Shown here: piece by piece, positions 37,479 to 47,264 of the stretch
Layout of the letters: each line of letters starts with the position of its first letter
Numbering within the stretch: the stretch's first letter is position 1
Assembly: GCA_965204375.1 (NCBI GenBank)
Contig: OZ241986.1
Location: 4,800,001-4,864,000, forward strand
Direction of reading: 5' to 3'
From: Candidatus Latescibacterota bacterium
GTDB lineage: Bacteria; Latescibacterota; UBA2968
Length of the DNA stretch: 64,000 nucleotides
Notes under the pieces: model-generated
Told to the model about the DNA's origin: nothing
Seen by the model: the letters and a program-made list of their open reading frames with translations, nothing else
Databases searched by the model: none
Translations under genes and position numbers: made by a program

Positions 37479-39464
37479 ATGGCAATACAAACAGAATTTG
37501 CACATGAAACCGATCCCCTGCAGGAAAAGGGCCTGACAGTCCGCTCGGTTGGGATTGCGCTGGGCGCAGTGGTATTCATCAACCTCTGGGTGACCTATGC
37601 CGAGACCGTGGTACATGCATCCAGACTGAACCTGAGCTTTTTTCAGCTCACATTGATGGCCGTATTTGTCTTGCTGGTCGCAGCCGTCAACCCGATCTTG
37701 AAACTCCTGGGATCGCACCGCGCGTTTTCGCCCTCAGAACTGCTGGCAATTGCGGCCATTGGCATGGTGGGGTGCGTGGTACCCGCTTCGGGCGTAACCG
37801 GATTTCTCATCGGCGTCATTTCCACGCCGATCTATTTTGCCACACCCGAAAATCGATGGGGCGAATTCTATCATCCCAATCTCGACTCGTGGGTCGTGCC
37901 CATAGATCCCGAAGCCCTGCGCATGTTCTACGAAGGCTTGCCACCCGGCGCGTCCATGCCCTGGGAAGTGTGGCTGATGCCCCTGCTGTGGTGGGCGAGC
38001 TTTATTGTCGCAGTATTCGCGCTCTCAGCCAGCATGATGGTCATTTTGCGCAAACAATGGGCAGAACACGAAAAACTGGTCTATCCCCTCGTGGCCGTGC
38101 CCCTGGAAATGGCGCAGGATGCGCGGTCTAAGCGACTGTTGCCGGGATTTATGCGGGGCAAGCTATTCTGGATCATGGCCGCAATACCATTTTTGTTATT
38201 TTTGTGGAATTCCCTATCCTGGTTTTATCCGCTCATGCCCGGAATCGGGATCTTTCCCCACGCCGGAAAGTTTAATTTTACGCGGTATTCTCCCCACGTC
38301 TATCTGGAACCCCTGAACCTGTTCACCATCGGCTTTGCGTACTTCGCCAACACACAGGTCTTGTTTTCCGTCTGGTTTTTCTTCTTATTACACGTCGTAG
38401 AAGGCGGCATTTTCAACCGTCTGGGCTACCAGATAGCCAAATCAACCGACTCGTTCAGCGCCGATCCCCCCACCGAAGCCTATCAGTGCTTTGGCGCGCT
38501 GGCATGCCTGGTCGTATGGCGATTATGGGTCGCGCGCTGGCATTTGCGAGACGTCTTCCTGAAAGCATTTAGAAAGGCGTATCCCGCTGACGACTCCCGG
38601 GAAGTACTGGCCTACCGCACAGTGGTCTTTGTATTTTTGGTGAGCCTGTCTTTTGTGCTCTTCTGGCTCTGCCACATCGGCATGGACATAACAACCGCAC
38701 TCGTCTTTCTATGTGCGCTATCCATCATTTATATCGGCCTGGCGCGGGTCGTATCAGAAGCCGGGATGGTGTATTCGGGCGCCACAGTAACACCGCAGGC
38801 ATTTGTCATGGACATGCGCGGCACAGAAGTCATGTCTGCGGGCAGTTTGACGGGCATTGCCCTATCGTATTCCATTGTCGATTACATGAGAGGACTATTT
38901 ACGCCCGGCGTGGCGCAATCGATCAAAATGGGCGAACTCATCCAGGGCAACCGCCGCGCATTGTTATTCTGGGCTGGCATAAGCGTTTTGCTGGGACTGG
39001 CCGCATCCGTATTTTATACCCTGCACCTGGGCTATTCTCACGGCGCGTACAATTTCCCGCGCTTTCCCTTTTTTAGCGGCGATCCAAAAGGTATCTACGG
39101 ATCGACGTTGGTCATGATGCACACGCCCAAAGCCCCCGACGGCGAGCGCATGGTCTTCTTTGCAATCGGAGCGGGCCTGATGGCATTGTTGACTTTCTTG
39201 CGCTACCGATTCCCGGGCTGGCCCCTGCATCCCATCGGCCTCACCCTATCGGCAGCCGATAATACCGGTCACCTCGTCATGCCCGTCTTTATCGCCTGGG
39301 CGTGCAAATCCGTAATCATGGCCGTCGGCGGTGTGAACCTCTATCGCCGCTCCAAACCCGCGTTTCTCGGTCTTCTCGTGGGCTATACAGCCGGAGTGGT
39401 ACTATCTTTCCTCATCGACGCGCTGTGGTGGCCGGGGGAAGGGCATCTCGTGCATTATTGGTAG
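37479..39464 (+). CDS. DUF6785/DUF6784-like polytopic membrane protein, paralogue 2
   Basis: Colinear and highly similar to 35324-37303. Confidence 0.78.
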   Translation: MAIQTEFAHETDPLQEKGLTVRSVGIALGAVVFINLWVTYAETVVHASRLNLSFFQLTLMAVFVLLVAAVNPILKLLGSHRAFSPSELLAIAAIGMVGCVVPASGVTGFLIGVISTPIYFATPENRWGEFYHPNLDSWVVPIDPEALRMFYEGLPPGASMPWEVWLMPLLWWASFIVAVFALSASMMVILRKQWAEHEKLVYPLVAVPLEMAQDARSKRLLPGFMRGKLFWIMAAIPFLLFLWNSLSWFYPLMPGIGIFPHAGKFNFTRYSPHVYLEPLNLFTIGFAYFANTQVLFSVWFFFLLHVVEGGIFNRLGYQIAKSTDSFSADPPTEAYQCFGALACLVVWRLWVARWHLRDVFLKAFRKAYPADDSREVLAYRTVVFVFLVSLSFVLFWLCHIGMDITTALVFLCALSIIYIGLARVVSEAGMVYSGATVTPQAFVMDMRGTEVMSAGSLTGIALSYSIVDYMRGLFTPGVAQSIKMGELIQGNRRALLFWAGISVLLGLAASVFYTLHLGYSHGAYNFPRFPFFSGDPKGIYGSTLVMMHTPKAPDGERMVFFAIGAGLMALLTFLRYRFPGWPLHPIGLTLSAADNTGHLVMPVFIAWACKSVIMAVGGVNLYRRSKPAFLGLLVGYTAGVVLSFLIDALWWPGEGHLVHYW

Positions 39465-39472
39465 AAAATGTG

Positions 39473-39505
39473 ATCCGCAGATGGACGCAGATGAACGCAG
39501 ATGAA
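39473..39505 (+). repeat. 10-mer repeat CGCAGATGRA
   Basis: atccgcagatggacgcagatgaacgcagatgaa just after stop codon. Confidence 0.8.
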
Positions 39506-39571
39506 TAAGGATGGATACGGCACAGGAAGGAATTACATCATAGCGGAGTAAACGATAAATAGAGATAATTT

Positions 39572-40003
39572 TCAGGGCGATTCTGAGTCTTCAGACTCTG
39601 TATCGGGTGCGGGGAGTATAGATTCTGCCCATTGGACAACAGCCTCGGCAAGTCTCACCGCTTCTTGATATTCTTCTTCATCAACTGATTCTGATACATC
39701 ACCGGGATAACGTAAAACAGTCGCATAAACGGACAGCTTTGCAGATTGAGAAAGTTCTGGTATCTTGGAAACATCTTCAGGGAGAAGATCGATCAACCTC
39801 TCGATAATGTGAATTTTGGGAAAAGCAATCCCTCTATTTACAAGCACAGCTTTGATGCTCTTTTCTGCTGCCTGTTGGGCATGGAAACACAGAAGCTCGT
39901 AAAAACTATTTTCCGGTAAGGAAACTTGCGCCAGTGCCAGGTCGCCTCTGGCATACCGGAGCCAATCAGCCGGTGAACCAGATGTTGGGACATCAGGCGG
40001 CAT
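39572..40003 (-). CDS. HEPN domain protein (MNT-HEPN pair)
   Basis: WLRYARGDL..A, CFHAQQAAEKSIKA, PKIH, RYPG. Confidence 0.9.
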   Translation of the reverse strand: MPPDVPTSGSPADWLRYARGDLALAQVSLPENSFYELLCFHAQQAAEKSIKAVLVNRGIAFPKIHIIERLIDLLPEDVSKIPELSQSAKLSVYATVLRYPGDVSESVDEEEYQEAVRLAEAVVQWAESILPAPDTESEDSESP

Positions 40004-40310
40004 AGATTTCTTTCCCTTCTTCTAAAATGCGATAATAGATTAATCCGATATTACTTTTGTGTCTCTCAAGGTCTTCAGGTGTTGCAACCAGAATATCAAT
40101 GGGCAGAGGAATACCCCTCATTTCAATATGAAGATGCTGCGCTGTTCTTCGCCTGTGAACGCCATTGGGCATGACAACGAGTACATCCACATCGCTGTCC
40201 GGTCCCATCTCGCCTCGCGCAGCCGAGCCAAAGAGGATAATTTTGAGCGGGTTGACAACTTCGACAATTCGCTCTACGAGTTGATCAATGACATTCGCAT
40301 CGGGTTGCAT
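39993..40310 (-). CDS. Minimal nucleotidyltransferase (MNT)
   Basis: IILFGSAARG....DSDVDVLVV; overlaps HEPN start. Confidence 0.92.
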   Translation of the reverse strand: MQPDANVIDQLVERIVEVVNPLKIILFGSAARGEMGPDSDVDVLVVMPNGVHRRRTAQHLHIEMRGIPLPIDILVATPEDLERHKSNIGLIYYRILEEGKEIYAA

Positions 40311-40318
40311 GTCTCACG

Positions 40319-40381
40319 CTCCAGAAAGCAGAACTCATCTCTGCTGAAACATAGCTTGATAGACATTAAAAGTCAATGCGA
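40319..40381 (-). promoter_or_regulatory. 63-bp promoter/RBS cassette copy 2 driving MNT-HEPN
   Basis: TTGACT (40376-40371)-17-TATGTT (40353-40348); GGAG 8 nt before ATG 40310. Confidence 0.8.
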
Positions 40382-40421
40382 AGGATGATTTCTCAGGATA
40401 CTATACAAGGAGAATTTTCTA

Positions 40422-42841
40422 ATGAGACGCTCTCAAATCTGTATTCTCTATATACTCCTCTGCATCCTACCCATGGAACAGGCGGCAGCAGATCAGCGGG
40501 ACTCCCTGTTGACCCTGGGGCAAAAGTACCTTCGGGAGGGGCAGGCAGAAGCCGCCGTTGCGACATTCTCTAACCTGACCAAAACCTTCCCAAAAGACGC
40601 GCACATCCAATCTCGCCTGGGCTATGCGTACTTAAAGAACCGCGACTTTGAAAAAGCAGAAACCGTTTTCAAGATGGCCAAAGGTCTGGATAAAAATTTG
40701 GCAGAAGCGTATGTGGGCCTGGGACTCGTCTATGCCGAACGCCCGGCCTCGGGCCTATCGGCGTATAGCAACTTCCGCAAAGCCGTAGGCGAAGCCAAAC
40801 GCGCGACCAAACTGGACTCGACTTATGGACCTGCGTACCGACTACTGGGCGAATTGTACGAACGGTTTCAGGAAGACCACCAGAAAGCCGTAGATTACTA
40901 TCTAAAATATATCCAGGTGGAATCGGACAACCCCGACGGACTGTATTATTTTGGTCTCGCCTGTGTACAGGCCGATCAACACGACCTGGTTGCGGCGCAC
41001 ATCATCCCCTATATCAACGCACACGAACCGGAATCCCGCCTCTTACCCCTTGCCGCCGCAGGCTATTTTCATCAAAAAGAACACCGCCTCGCCCTGAACT
41101 ATTTCGAACGCTACTTACAGCGCGTTGACAAAACCGAACGCGCCTATTACACCGACATATCTCTCGTCGCTTCGGAAAAGGAATGGCACGCATATCAGAG
41201 CCTATCCGAAGAACCCGAAAAGCTGGACTATTTGCAAAAATTCTGGCGGCGGCGAGACTCGGATCTTTTGACCCAAATCAACGAACGCATCGTAGAACAC
41301 TACCGGCGGGTATGGTATGCGCGCACCTTTTTTTCTAAAAAAATCAGCCCCTGGGACCAGAGGGGCGAAGTCTATATCCGGTACGGCGAACCCGATTATC
41401 GGTCTCGCTCTAACCAGCGCGAATTTGTAATATCGCCAGAAGTAGAAGCCGTTCGCAACCGAATGGCAGCCGATATCTGGGGACCGGCAGCGACCTATCA
41501 CACATTCACGGGACCGGTCTTTCCCATACGCAGCCAGCGCAAACCATTTGAAGGCAATATCACAAACGAAAGCCTGAACACCGGCGTATTTGGCACAGAT
41601 GCCGGGGAAGACGACGCCGTCCTCGCCCTGAACCCAGGGGAAGAGGCAGAAACACTGGGATTCCAATTTGTAGTACCCGACCTCGTCGCATCCAGTCCTT
41701 TTGACATATCGGTTGCTCCCCGAACAGAGCAGCGATTCTTGAATTACAGTCCCGTAACATCAGACCGCGAATTCGAAACTGTACCCTGGGAAACCTGGAC
41801 ATATACGCAACTGCAAGGCGGCGTGGAATTTACCTTTACCGATGAAGTCGGAAACGGACATTTTGACTTCGCGCCCATGCCGCCCATGCCCCAAAGCGAC
41901 AACCGAATTGCCAGTGTGGCGCGGCTCATGGAATACGCGCCCGGGGTAATCTATCAGCAATCTATCGGCGCTGTACCCGACTATTATCGCCCCAGCGTGG
42001 GCAAAGACGCCCTGCACTTCTTTTACGACGTCGCGGATTTCCGCGGACCAGATGGCAAAACCATTGTAGAAGTGTATTACGGAGTGCCCCAGCAGAAGTA
42101 ACCGTGGGCAAAGGCGACCGGGATTATCTCATACACACAAAAGCCACCCTCGCCCTGGCGGACGCAAGCCATGAAAATATCTACCGCGCACACGAAATAC
42201 TCTCCTATCAAAACAGCCGGGAATTTCCCAAAACCCGGGGCGTATTCATCCCCGATGTCATACGCATTGAAGCATCTCCCGGAGAAAAATATCAGCTACA
42301 GGTACAATTGGAAGACGAATTATCCGGGCGCACGGGCGCGTACAAACAGGAACTCACGGTTTCCGACTTCAACTCCGAAGGCGTAAAAATCAGCGGCATT
42401 CAGTTAGCCTCCTCAATCGCCGAGACAGGCACCAATGACCGCCTCCAAAAAAAAGACATCTACGTATCGCCAATGGCTTCCCGAAGCTACCCCTTGGGCA
42501 GTCGGGTATTCGCCTATTTTGAAATCTACAATTTAAAACGCGACACCTTCGGACAAACCCGTTACAAAGTACAGTACCGCGTGCAATTTAACCCGCGCAA
42601 CACTGTGGGCCTCGCAGGCGTCATCACCTCGGGAATTCGCGCACTTCTGCGGCAGCAAAAACCCCAGGTCTCTGTAACCTATGAACAGGTGGGCTCCGAC
42701 GACGAAGAACGCGAATACGTAGAACTCGATCTAAAAAAAGCCAAACCGGGGGTAAATGTGGTAGAAATCACTGTACAGGACAAAGTAAGCGGAGAAAAAG
42801 CAACGCGAGAGGTCGTATTTTTTTACGGCGGATCGGGATGA
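40422..42841 (+). pseudogene. GWxTD/TPR protein split by single-base frameshift at C4 run 42087-42090
   Basis: ORFs 40422-42101 and 42104-42841 join with one extra C (GVP-PAEVTVG); halves match the intact paralogue at 7718-10588; could be an assembly error. Confidence 0.8.
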
Positions 42842-42854
42842 CAAAGGAGAGCCC

Positions 42855-43682
42855 ATGCCCATAACTGACGCCCTTCCCGGCATGAAACGGGAACTGAAAT
42901 TTTACCCGGCAAAAACTGATGCGCCCAAAAAACTGACGCGGGCGCAAATCCAGTACTTCAACGAAAAGGGATACATCTTCCCGCTCGACGTCTTCAGCAA
43001 AAAAGAAACCGAAGCCAATCGCGCGTATTTTGACAAACTCATGGGCAAAGCACAGGCAGCGGGTAAAAACAGCTACTCAATCAACGGATGGCACCGCAGT
43101 TGCAAAGGCATCTACGACCTGCTCGTCGATAACCGCATTCTCGACTACGTCGAAGACCTGCTCGGACCCAACCTCGTCTCGCGCATGACTCACTACTTCA
43201 GCAAAATGCCAGGAGACGGCAAAAAAGTCGCCTTTCACCAGGACGCATCCTACTGGCCCCTCACACCCTCCAAAACCGTAACCGTCTGGCTCGCCATTGA
43301 CGATGTTGACCTCGCAAACGCCCCCATGGAAGTCATACCTGGATCGCACCTCCACGGACAAATACCCTTTGAACGCAGCACACCAGAAGAAAATAACGTC
43401 CTCGGACAATCCGTTCACCACGCCGAAAAATTTGGCGACCCCGTACCCCTGATCATGAAAGCCGGGCAAATCTCCATCCACTCCGACTTATTGCTACACG
43501 GCTCCAGACCCAATGCCTCGCAACGGCGTCGCTGCGGCCTGACCCTGCGCTACATGCCCCCCGAAGTCCGCACCCGAGAAACCGACCACGCCCCCGCGGT
43601 CTTATGCCGCGGCATGGATCCTTCGGGATACTGGCAGCACATCTCCCGTCCCGACGGCGATGACATCCCGAAAAGAAAGTGA
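42855..43682 (+). CDS. Phytanoyl-CoA dioxygenase (PhyH) family Fe/2OG dioxygenase
   Basis: FHQDASYW, TVWLAIDD, IPGSH, LLHGS..N...RR. Confidence 0.92.
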   Translation: MPITDALPGMKRELKFYPAKTDAPKKLTRAQIQYFNEKGYIFPLDVFSKKETEANRAYFDKLMGKAQAAGKNSYSINGWHRSCKGIYDLLVDNRILDYVEDLLGPNLVSRMTHYFSKMPGDGKKVAFHQDASYWPLTPSKTVTVWLAIDDVDLANAPMEVIPGSHLHGQIPFERSTPEENNVLGQSVHHAEKFGDPVPLIMKAGQISIHSDLLLHGSRPNASQRRRCGLTLRYMPPEVRTRETDHAPAVLCRGMDPSGYWQHISRPDGDDIPKRK

Positions 43683-43688
43683 AACACC

Positions 43689-44495
43689 ATGATGACCCCT
43701 GAACAGCGCTACCTCTTTGACCTCAACGGGTACCTGCACCTGCGCAATGCCCTCTCTGACGACGAACTGAGTGCCGCGCGAGAAGCAGCCGAACGCTACG
43801 TCACAACACCCGAATCGGAACTACCCGAGGGCTTTGGCAAAGACGGCAAACGCCACCTGCACGGCTTTGCATTCGACAGAGCACTCGAACGCCTGACCGT
43901 ACACCCCGCGATCTGGCCCATCGTCACAGAACTCACCAATGGCCGACCCCGCCTCACCAGCGGCACGCTTCAGGTCAACATCCCCGATCAAATCGACAAC
44001 GCACTTCGCCTGCACTGCGCCCGCGACGACTACGGCTGGGACGCCATCCGCTACGAAGTCCGCAACGGACACATCTTTTGCGACCACACCGTCTGCTTTC
44101 CCTACCTCACCGACGTGCATCCGGGCGACGGAGGTCTCCTCGTCATCCCCGGCTCACACAAAAGCATGTTTGATCGCCCCCGGCACCTCTTTCAAAACGG
44201 CCTGATCGAAAACCGCGACCACATCCCCGAAGGCGTGGTCAACATCACACCCAAAGCTGGCGACATCGTCGTCATGAACGAACTCGTCACCCACGGCGCC
44301 CTGCCCTGGACGCCAAAAGATCGCATGCGGATGATCCTCGTCTTGCGCTATCACCCCCAATACACAGGGGGATCAGAACTGCCCCAGGCCATCCAAAAAC
44401 GCCTCTCTCCTGAAACGCTCGAACTCACGGCACGCGCGGGTTATCAGGACCGAAAAGAAATCGCAACACGGGACAACATCGCGCTTACTGTATAG
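43689..44495 (+). CDS. PhyH family dioxygenase
   Basis: EQRYLFDLNGYL, LH, LTDVHPGDGGLLVIPGSHK, THGALPW...R. Confidence 0.88.
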   Translation: MMTPEQRYLFDLNGYLHLRNALSDDELSAAREAAERYVTTPESELPEGFGKDGKRHLHGFAFDRALERLTVHPAIWPIVTELTNGRPRLTSGTLQVNIPDQIDNALRLHCARDDYGWDAIRYEVRNGHIFCDHTVCFPYLTDVHPGDGGLLVIPGSHKSMFDRPRHLFQNGLIENRDHIPEGVVNITPKAGDIVVMNELVTHGALPWTPKDRMRMILVLRYHPQYTGGSELPQAIQKRLSPETLELTARAGYQDRKEIATRDNIALTV

Positions 44496-44903
44496 GGTTC
44501 TGTCAATACGCCTCACATCACATCCTGTCCCTTTAGATGTTCTCAGTGAACTGGTCTGTACTGCCTGCTTATGTATCGGCAGACAGGCGCGCAAGCAGGG
44601 CTATGATCACCGGGGCCGCGTTTTTTCCGCACGAAGGTATCCAACTCATGCCGGACGGTCTCACCGGTAGAATCGGCCATGTTCCCCTTTTTTGGCGTAT
44701 AATGATAAATGAGTAAATTGCAATTATCTGCAATTTACTCGAAAAAACAGGGGTTTGGAATGACATTTTGGCGAATAAAGTTTATTATATGCAAAAATTA
44801 AGACCTTCAAAATGTCTCAGTGTGAGAATCCAAAAAGAGTGTTCCTCCCTGAGCCTATTCACAACTTCCTTGCCCCAAAACGCATTTGCACACTGCCTGA
44901 AGC

Positions 44904-45014
44904 CGCGGTAAGCTGATCAGGCCGTGCGGTACGGGTAAGACGTTTGCCGCGCTACGTATCGTGGAGTCTATTGCGGGTATCGGTGGGCGTGTGCTCTATC
45001 TGGATCCGTCGATA
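44904..45014 (+). pseudogene. Remnant of SF2 helicase motifs I-Ia resembling type ISP restriction-modification enzymes
   Basis: Manual translation RGKLIRPCGTGKTFAALRIVESIAGIGGRVLYLDPSI; in-frame TGA upstream, no start. Confidence 0.7.
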
Positions 45015-45093
45015 TTCGTAGGCGATGTAGCGGAAATAGTGGGCGAGTTGTTAGAGGTAAGAGGAGAGAATTTTCTGGCGGGTGAAAGACTAT

Positions 45094-45717
45094 TTACCAT
45101 GTGGGTGGTTTAAAAAAATTACCATGGGCATCCCGTAATTGATCGGGAAGGAGACTCTGAGCGAGATGTGGGTTTATGATCTGCCCCACAAATGTGGCAT
45201 ACTCTTTAAGGATGGTTGATGGTCGGATACCAGGAAAATAGACACCTACGCTTAACCGCAATTCTCGGGTCACAATTCGGATGGCCTCCCCAAAATCAGA
45301 GTCATTGGATACCACAATGGCAGCTTCGTAATCCTTTTTGTAAGCATCGTTTAACAGGTGAACAGCAAGGTTGACATCTGAACCTTTTTCTTCAGTTTTC
45401 CAAACTTCCACAGTATTGGGAGGTGGCGTTACCAATGGCATTCTGGCTGAGCGGGTCTGAAAGTTGCCTTCAATAATTTCAATATTATTAAAAGTACGTA
45501 AAGCCCGCCAATAGAACGCTTGACGTGTCCGTTTTCCTGGATCATGCCGTGCATGTATACGAGCAGTAAAATACTTGATTTTTTGAATGTCATTACGAGG
45601 ATATCTGAGCGTAAACAATTTATTCAGGTCAAGCCACTTATAGGGTGTTCCCTTTAATGCACCGTAGTATAAGTTAAATCCATCAACATAAATATTTGTC
45701 TTGATTTTTTTCTTCAT
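45094..45717 (-). CDS. NYN (PIN-like, LabA/DUF88) domain RNase
   Basis: YVDGFNLYY, KYFTA, EEKGSDVNLA, VSNDSDF acidic active-site motifs intact. Confidence 0.92.
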   Translation of the reverse strand: MKKKIKTNIYVDGFNLYYGALKGTPYKWLDLNKLFTLRYPRNDIQKIKYFTARIHARHDPGKRTRQAFYWRALRTFNNIEIIEGNFQTRSARMPLVTPPPNTVEVWKTEEKGSDVNLAVHLLNDAYKKDYEAAIVVSNDSDFGEAIRIVTRELRLSVGVYFPGIRPSTILKEYATFVGQIINPHLAQSLLPDQLRDAHGNFFKPPTW

Positions 45718-45769
45718 TATAATCTTTAAAATATAAAAATCGCGTTGGATATCATACGGTTAAACATAA

Positions 45770-45940
45770 ATAGAATTGGCGCGAACCTCTTTGTTTCTGG
45801 TTTCGCGCCAATTCTATACTACGCAGTCTCAACATAGGAGACTTTCGATGTCTATCTCAAGAATAGATACTTAAAAATCTAAGAGTAGATACCTAAATAT
45901 CTACTCTTGAGCCCTGCTCCCGAAGCAACAGGGGGAATTA
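45770..45940 (-). ncRNA. Candidate structured leader/antitoxin-like RNA upstream of NYN gene
   Basis: Five consecutive hairpins: cUUCGg-capped 45912-45933, 11-bp 45881-45908, 45851-45867, 6-bp 45825-45843, 16-bp terminator-like 45770-45817. Confidence 0.6.
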
Positions 45941-45945
45941 TGGGA

Positions 45946-45974
45946 AACTTAGCAAATACAGATACAAGAGTCAA
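45946..45974 (-). promoter_or_regulatory. Sigma70-like promoter for RNA-NYN unit
   Basis: TTGACT-17 bp-TAAGTT with extended TG. Confidence 0.65.
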
Positions 45975-46009
45975 GCTCTTTATTGCAGGTTGCTCAATAC
46001 CATTCTTCC

Positions 46010-47202
46010 TTACTCTAAGACCGCAGGCAATGACCGGGTGCGTTGATCGATGGGCTGAGGCGCATCAAATTCTCCATCTCCAACGTCCAACTCCTGAAAC
46101 CGCCGCATAGAGGGCAAAACCCTGCGCTCCAGTGAACCAATGGCACCATTATAACTCTCAACGGCCTGATCGATATGGCGCCTCAAGGTGTTAAGGTGGT
46201 CGAAAAATGGCTTTATGCGCTGATACAGCTCTTTGCCCTCGTCTGCTATTTGACGCGCGTTTTCAGACATCGCCTGTTGTTGCCAGCCGTAAGCAACAGC
46301 CTTTAAGAACGCCAAAAGTGTAACGGGCGTTGTAATCAGCACCTAGCTTTGCAAGGCATATTCCAACAAACTCGGATCTTCCTCAAATGCCGCGGCAACA
46401 CTGGCTTCGACTGGCACAAACATTACGACAACCTCTGGTGCCTTTTCGAACTGCGACCAGTAGGCTTTTTGTCCCAATTCGCGCACTCGACTGCGTACCG
46501 CTTGAGCATGTGCTCTCATGTAGTCTTTGTATTCCGCATCATCACCAGCTTCTGCTGCATTCAAATATGCTGTCATTGGTGTTTTGGCATCTACCGGCAG
46601 CACTCCCCCACCTGGCAAATGCACAATCATATCCGGACGACCACTGTCACCCGACACCTGTTCCTCAAAAGCCACACGCCGTTCCATGCCCGCCAATTCC
46701 ACCACGCGACGTAACTGCACCTCGCCCCATTGCCCGCGTTTAGAAGACGATTTGAGTGCCTGAGATAACGTGACAGTCGTAGTTTGAAGTTCCTGCTGCG
46801 CTACCACGAGCCCCTTCAGCTGCTGGTCGAGTGCCCGATACGCGCCTTCTCGTTTCTCCTTCAGCGATCGCACATGCCCATCAAGTTTTGCATTTCTGTT
46901 TTCTGCGTTTTCCAGTCGCCGCGTACCTCATTTAGTACGCCGGTCATTTGCGTCTGCGCCTGTTTCAAAAACGCATCGGCATTGTGACGCAAAGACTTGC
47001 CTGCCAGCGAGTCAAAAGCCTCGCGCAATTTTTCTTCTGCTTTTTGGATCCACTCCTCTTTGTCAGTCTGGGCTTCCTTCTCGCTCTGCAACTTCGCCAA
47101 CTCAATACGCAAAGCCTCATCCCCACTCTTTCGCAGGCTCATAATCACGCCCCCAACTACACCCCCAATTACAAATGCGATCAATAGATACAGCATTTCC
47201 AT
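46010..47202 (-). pseudogene. rmuC: DNA recombination protein RmuC pseudogene
   Basis: RGQWGEVQLRRVVELAGM, RPDMIVHLPG, VDAK, MFVP.E, TPVTLLA.LK; frameshift near 46870 and in-frame TAG 46343-46345. Confidence 0.88.
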
Positions 47203-47264
47203 ATAAACTCCTTTTGAGGACAACCAATAAAACATCCTTTGAGATGAATGCGTGACCTCGAGCG

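Noticed and set aside
35324-39464. DGR template/variable repeat pair
   Set aside because: Full-length paralogues with differences not confined to adenines; no RT
44493-44508. IS end TAGGGTTCTGTCAATA similar to the MITE TIR
   Set aside because: No matching opposite end or transposase found by eye
45825-45855. H-type pseudoknot in the NYN leader RNA
   Set aside because: Would need a zero-length loop 3; sterically implausible
46343-46345. Stop-codon readthrough or recoding in rmuC
   Set aside because: The gene also has an independent frameshift, and other genes use TAG as a normal stop
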